This document shows, in pieces, positions 61,297 to 64,000 of a stretch of DNA of 64,000 nt. A program made the translations under genes and the position numbers. The stretch is from an uncultured bacterium (GTDB lineage Bacteria > Patescibacteriota > Minisyncoccia > UBA6257 > GWB1-50-10). The stretch is taken from assembly GCA_963722655.1 (NCBI GenBank), contig CAVRNT010000002.1, positions 71,461 through 135,460 of the forward strand. The letters are read 5' to 3'. The notes under the pieces are model-generated. The model had not been told where the DNA came from, did not search any database, and saw only the letters and a program-made list of their open reading frames with translations. The stretch's first letter is position 1, and each line of letters starts with the position of its first letter.

Positions 61297-61325
61297 CGCA
61301 CCAGGAAACCGTGGTGCCCCGTATA
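61297..61325 (+). promoter_or_regulatory. Putative ECF-sigma promoter motif (copy 4)
   Basis: CGCACC-N17-CGTATA. Confidence 0.5.
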
Positions 61326-61387
61326 CCCTAACGGGGTTAGGTGGTCGAGCTAGCCTTTTTAATTCGTCCTTAAAAACGCAAAAGAAT

Positions 61388-62161
61388 ATGATTAACAAAA
61401 ATCTGTTACTGGCAATAACGGCAACGAGCTTAATCGGCGGAATTGCCTTCGCTGCGCCGGCTTTCGCCCAAATGAGCGGTGGGGTCCCTCATCGAGGATG
61501 GAACGGTCAGCCAGGAAGACCGGCACATATGATGGCTCCGGGGGTTTTCGGAACCGTATCATCCATTAACGGCATGATACTCACGGTTTCATCGAAAACG
61601 CCAAGAAATGCGAGCACGACGACCGTTTATACGGTCGATGCCTCGAATGCGACCGTCTATAAGAACGGAGCCACTTCCACCGTTGCGGCGATAGCCGTCG
61701 GCGACAACGTGATGATCCAGGGCACCGTGAGCGGCACTAACGTCACCGCGAAGACGATCCGAGACGGTATTGGCAAACCGGGGATAATTGGCACGTTCGA
61801 CCGGAAAGCGCCGGCGACGAGCACGATCGTCCAAGGAAACGGTGAGCCGGTCGTTGGCGGGAGCGTGACGGCGATAAGCGGCACGACGACGCTCACGGTG
61901 ACGAACAAGAGTAACGTCACTTACACGGTTGACGTTTCAAACGCCAAGGTGGAAAAGGCGGGTACGAGCACCACGGTCTCGGCCATTGCCGTCGGCGACA
62001 ACGTCATCGTTCAAGGGACGGTAAACGGCACATCCGTTACGGCCTCGTCGGTGATCGATAGTGGAAATCCAACCACCATTCCGGCAGCGAATCCGCCTAA
62101 GGCCAGCCACGGCTTTTTCACCGCTATCGGAAACTTCTTCCAAAAACTGTTCGGGTTTTAG
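61388..62161 (+). CDS. Secreted protein with two DUF5666-like beta repeats
   Basis: Signal peptide ending PAFA; duplicated GxV..I.G..LTV...YTVD.SNA...IAVGDNV.(I/V)QGTV.GT.VTA. Confidence 0.8.
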   Translation: MINKNLLLAITATSLIGGIAFAAPAFAQMSGGVPHRGWNGQPGRPAHMMAPGVFGTVSSINGMILTVSSKTPRNASTTTVYTVDASNATVYKNGATSTVAAIAVGDNVMIQGTVSGTNVTAKTIRDGIGKPGIIGTFDRKAPATSTIVQGNGEPVVGGSVTAISGTTTLTVTNKSNVTYTVDVSNAKVEKAGTSTTVSAIAVGDNVIVQGTVNGTSVTASSVIDSGNPTTIPAANPPKASHGFFTAIGNFFQKLFGF

Positions 62162-62275
62162 AGAGATCAGTCCAGCTATCAAAGGATTCAAGTTAAAACT
62201 GCTCCGGCCAAAGCCGGAACGGTTTTTATTTCACCTGCTTGCCATTTGGGACAGGCGGTTTGATAATGCGAGCGT

Positions 62276-63406
62276 ATGGAACCGTTAGCCGCCAAAATCA
62301 GGCCTAAAAAACTGGAAGAATTCATCGGCCAAGAGCACCTCGTGGGCAAAGGCAAACCCATCCGCGAGGCGATGGAAAAGAAACACCTGTTCTCCTTCAT
62401 CCTCTGGGGACCGCCCGGAGTGGGGAAGACGACGCTCGCCAAGATCTACGCCCACGCCCTCCAAGCCGACATTGTTGAGCTTTCGGCCGTCTCGGCCGGC
62501 AAGGATGACATCAAAGAGGTGGTGAAGGGCCAGGTGGGACTGCGGCCGACTATCCTTTTCCTCGACGAGATCCATCGCTTCAATAAGGCCCAGCAGGATT
62601 TTCTTTTGCCCTTCGTCGAGACCGGCCGCATCACCTTGATCGGCGCGACGACCGAGAACCCCTCCTTCGAGGTCATCAGCCCGCTCCTCTCGCGCTGTCG
62701 CATCTTCGTTCTGAACGAGCTCACGCCGGAAGAGCTTTCGAAAATCATCGACCGCACGGGCATCTCGATGGATAAGGCGGCCCGCGATTGGGTCGTGAAC
62801 TTCGCGAACGGCGACGCCCGGCAACTGCTCGGACTTCTAGAGGCCGCCCAAGCGCTCTACAAAGAGGTGAACATCCAAACCTTGACCGACGCCCTCCAGT
62901 CCAAATACATCCGGTACGACAAGAAGGGCGAAGAGCACTACAACACCATCAGCGCTTTCATAAAAAGCATGCGGGCCTCCCAGCCGGACGCCGCACTCTA
63001 TTATCTCGCCCGAATGGTCGAGGCAGGAGAGGACCCGAAGTTCATCGCGCGGCGGATGGTCATCTTTGCCTCGGAGGACATCGGCTTAGCCGACCCGATG
63101 GCCTTGGAAGTAGCCAATAACGTCTTCCGGGCTGTTGAGGTCATAGGGCTTCCGGAATGCGCCATCAACCTCGCCCACGGCGTCTGCTACCTTTCGGGCG
63201 CGCCAAAAACCAAGCGCTCGTACGAGGCCTACTTCCGCGCTCTGGAGGACGTGAAGCAATACGGTAATCTGCCAATCCCGCTCCAGATCCGCAACCCGGT
63301 CACGAAACTGATGAAGGACCTAGACTACGGGAAAGGATACGAACGCTATCCCAAGAACGACCTCCTGCCGGAAAAGCTCAAAGGGAAGAAGTACTTATCT
63401 TCTTAG
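62276..63406 (+). CDS. rarA: Replication-associated recombination protein A
   Basis: PLAAKIRP, GPPGVGKTT, FLDEIHRFNKAQQD, GATTENPSF, SAFIKSMR and ASEDIGLAD. Confidence 0.96.
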   Translation: MEPLAAKIRPKKLEEFIGQEHLVGKGKPIREAMEKKHLFSFILWGPPGVGKTTLAKIYAHALQADIVELSAVSAGKDDIKEVVKGQVGLRPTILFLDEIHRFNKAQQDFLLPFVETGRITLIGATTENPSFEVISPLLSRCRIFVLNELTPEELSKIIDRTGISMDKAARDWVVNFANGDARQLLGLLEAAQALYKEVNIQTLTDALQSKYIRYDKKGEEHYNTISAFIKSMRASQPDAALYYLARMVEAGEDPKFIARRMVIFASEDIGLADPMALEVANNVFRAVEVIGLPECAINLAHGVCYLSGAPKTKRSYEAYFRALEDVKQYGNLPIPLQIRNPVTKLMKDLDYGKGYERYPKNDLLPEKLKGKKYLSS

Positions 63407-63944
63407 TCCAGGCAACGAGAGCCGTAAGATAATCGGCCACGCGTTTTTTTGTGTCCTCGTCGGTCAAATTGCCGTTCGAGTCGAACTTGTCCTGGACCGT
63501 CGGTACCATCACCTCCGGCTTGTTCAAGGGGTACATATCCAAAAAGACGAATGACTGGCGCAGGTGGTATTGGGCCTTCGCGCCGCCTTGGAGCCCGCCG
63601 GAGGCGCTCATTATCCCGACCGGCTTGCCGGTCCAAGCGCTATCGCCGTAAGGCCGTGAGGCGCAGTCAATGGCGTTCTTAAGGACGCCTGGGACGGAGT
63701 AGTTGTACTCCGGCGTCACGAAGAGGATTGCGTCGCTCGCCTTGACCTTCCGCTTGAACTCTTTGACCGCCTCCGGCGGGTCCATCTCGAAATCCTGGTT
63801 GAAGAGCGGCAGTTCGCCGATCTCGGCGATCTCGACCTCCACGCCCGCCGGCGCCAAGGCCGCGGCGGCGCGCAGGAGCATCTTGTTGAACGATCCTTTC
63901 CGCAAACTTCCCGCGATCCCCAAGATCTTTATTTTTTTGTCCAT
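63378..63944 (-). CDS. NAD(P)H-dependent FMN reductase (ChrR/SsuE family)
   Basis: GSLRKGSFN and TPEYNYSVPGVLKNAID. Confidence 0.92.
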   Translation of the reverse strand: MDKKIKILGIAGSLRKGSFNKMLLRAAAALAPAGVEVEIAEIGELPLFNQDFEMDPPEAVKEFKRKVKASDAILFVTPEYNYSVPGVLKNAIDCASRPYGDSAWTGKPVGIMSASGGLQGGAKAQYHLRQSFVFLDMYPLNKPEVMVPTVQDKFDSNGNLTDEDTKKRVADYLTALVAWTKKISTSSL

Positions 63945-64000
63945 TTTTCGTTGAGCGCCACGACGCAGAACAGGATGACGAAGGTGCCGACGAGACCAAA
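63929..64000 (-). CDS. C-terminal fragment of a membrane protein entering from outside the window
   Basis: Reads FGLVGTFVILFCVVALNEKWTKK* and overlaps the FMN reductase start. Confidence 0.5.
   Translation of the reverse strand, partial: FGLVGTFVILFCVVALNEKWTKK

Noticed and set aside
19311-62824. Long antisense or alternate-frame ORFs (e.g. 19311-20348, 31518-32708, 39226-40269, 48009-49508, 60169-61398)
   Set aside because: They are shadows of GC3-rich genes on the opposite strand and carry no domain motifs.

Overview
The window has two parts. (1) About 16.4-64 kb is a gene-dense bacterial chromosome segment. Its gene content and style (short secA/uvrA/uvrC, DUF4012, many small secreted proteins, AT-rich leaders) resemble Patescibacteria/CPR (Parcubacteria); that assignment is an inference. 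It carries rmuC, secA, mltG, rsmI, glycosyltransferases, lepA, tRNA-Gly, arginine decarboxylase, uvrB/raiA/uvrA/uvrC, typA, an FMN-binding/ApbE/RnfD-reductase operon running into PAP2-DedA-msrA-msrB, tRNA-Gln and rarA. (2) About 1-16.4 kb is a mosaic of mobile and accessory DNA with apparent junctions near 609 and 13055. It also contains a ~4 kb homopolymer artifact (4595-8586), so linkage across this part is unreliable. It includes a large serine recombinase read in frame through a palindromic attP-like site into two XRE HTH domains, two VirD4/TraD-like ATPases and a SymE-like gene. It also holds a candidate RiPP locus: an unannotated His/Asp-rich peptide upstream of a SPASM radical SAM enzyme with an atypical Cx3Cx3C motif, converging on an HExxH protein. 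A truncated ABC/SMC-type ATPase and a SET-domain protein follow. The best non-coding leads are a GCACC-N16/17-CGTAT ECF-type promoter motif seen four times, a shared hairpin leader before both uvrA and uvrB, and a promoter- and terminator-bounded small structured RNA before secA. All calls come from reading the sequence; no database searches were run.
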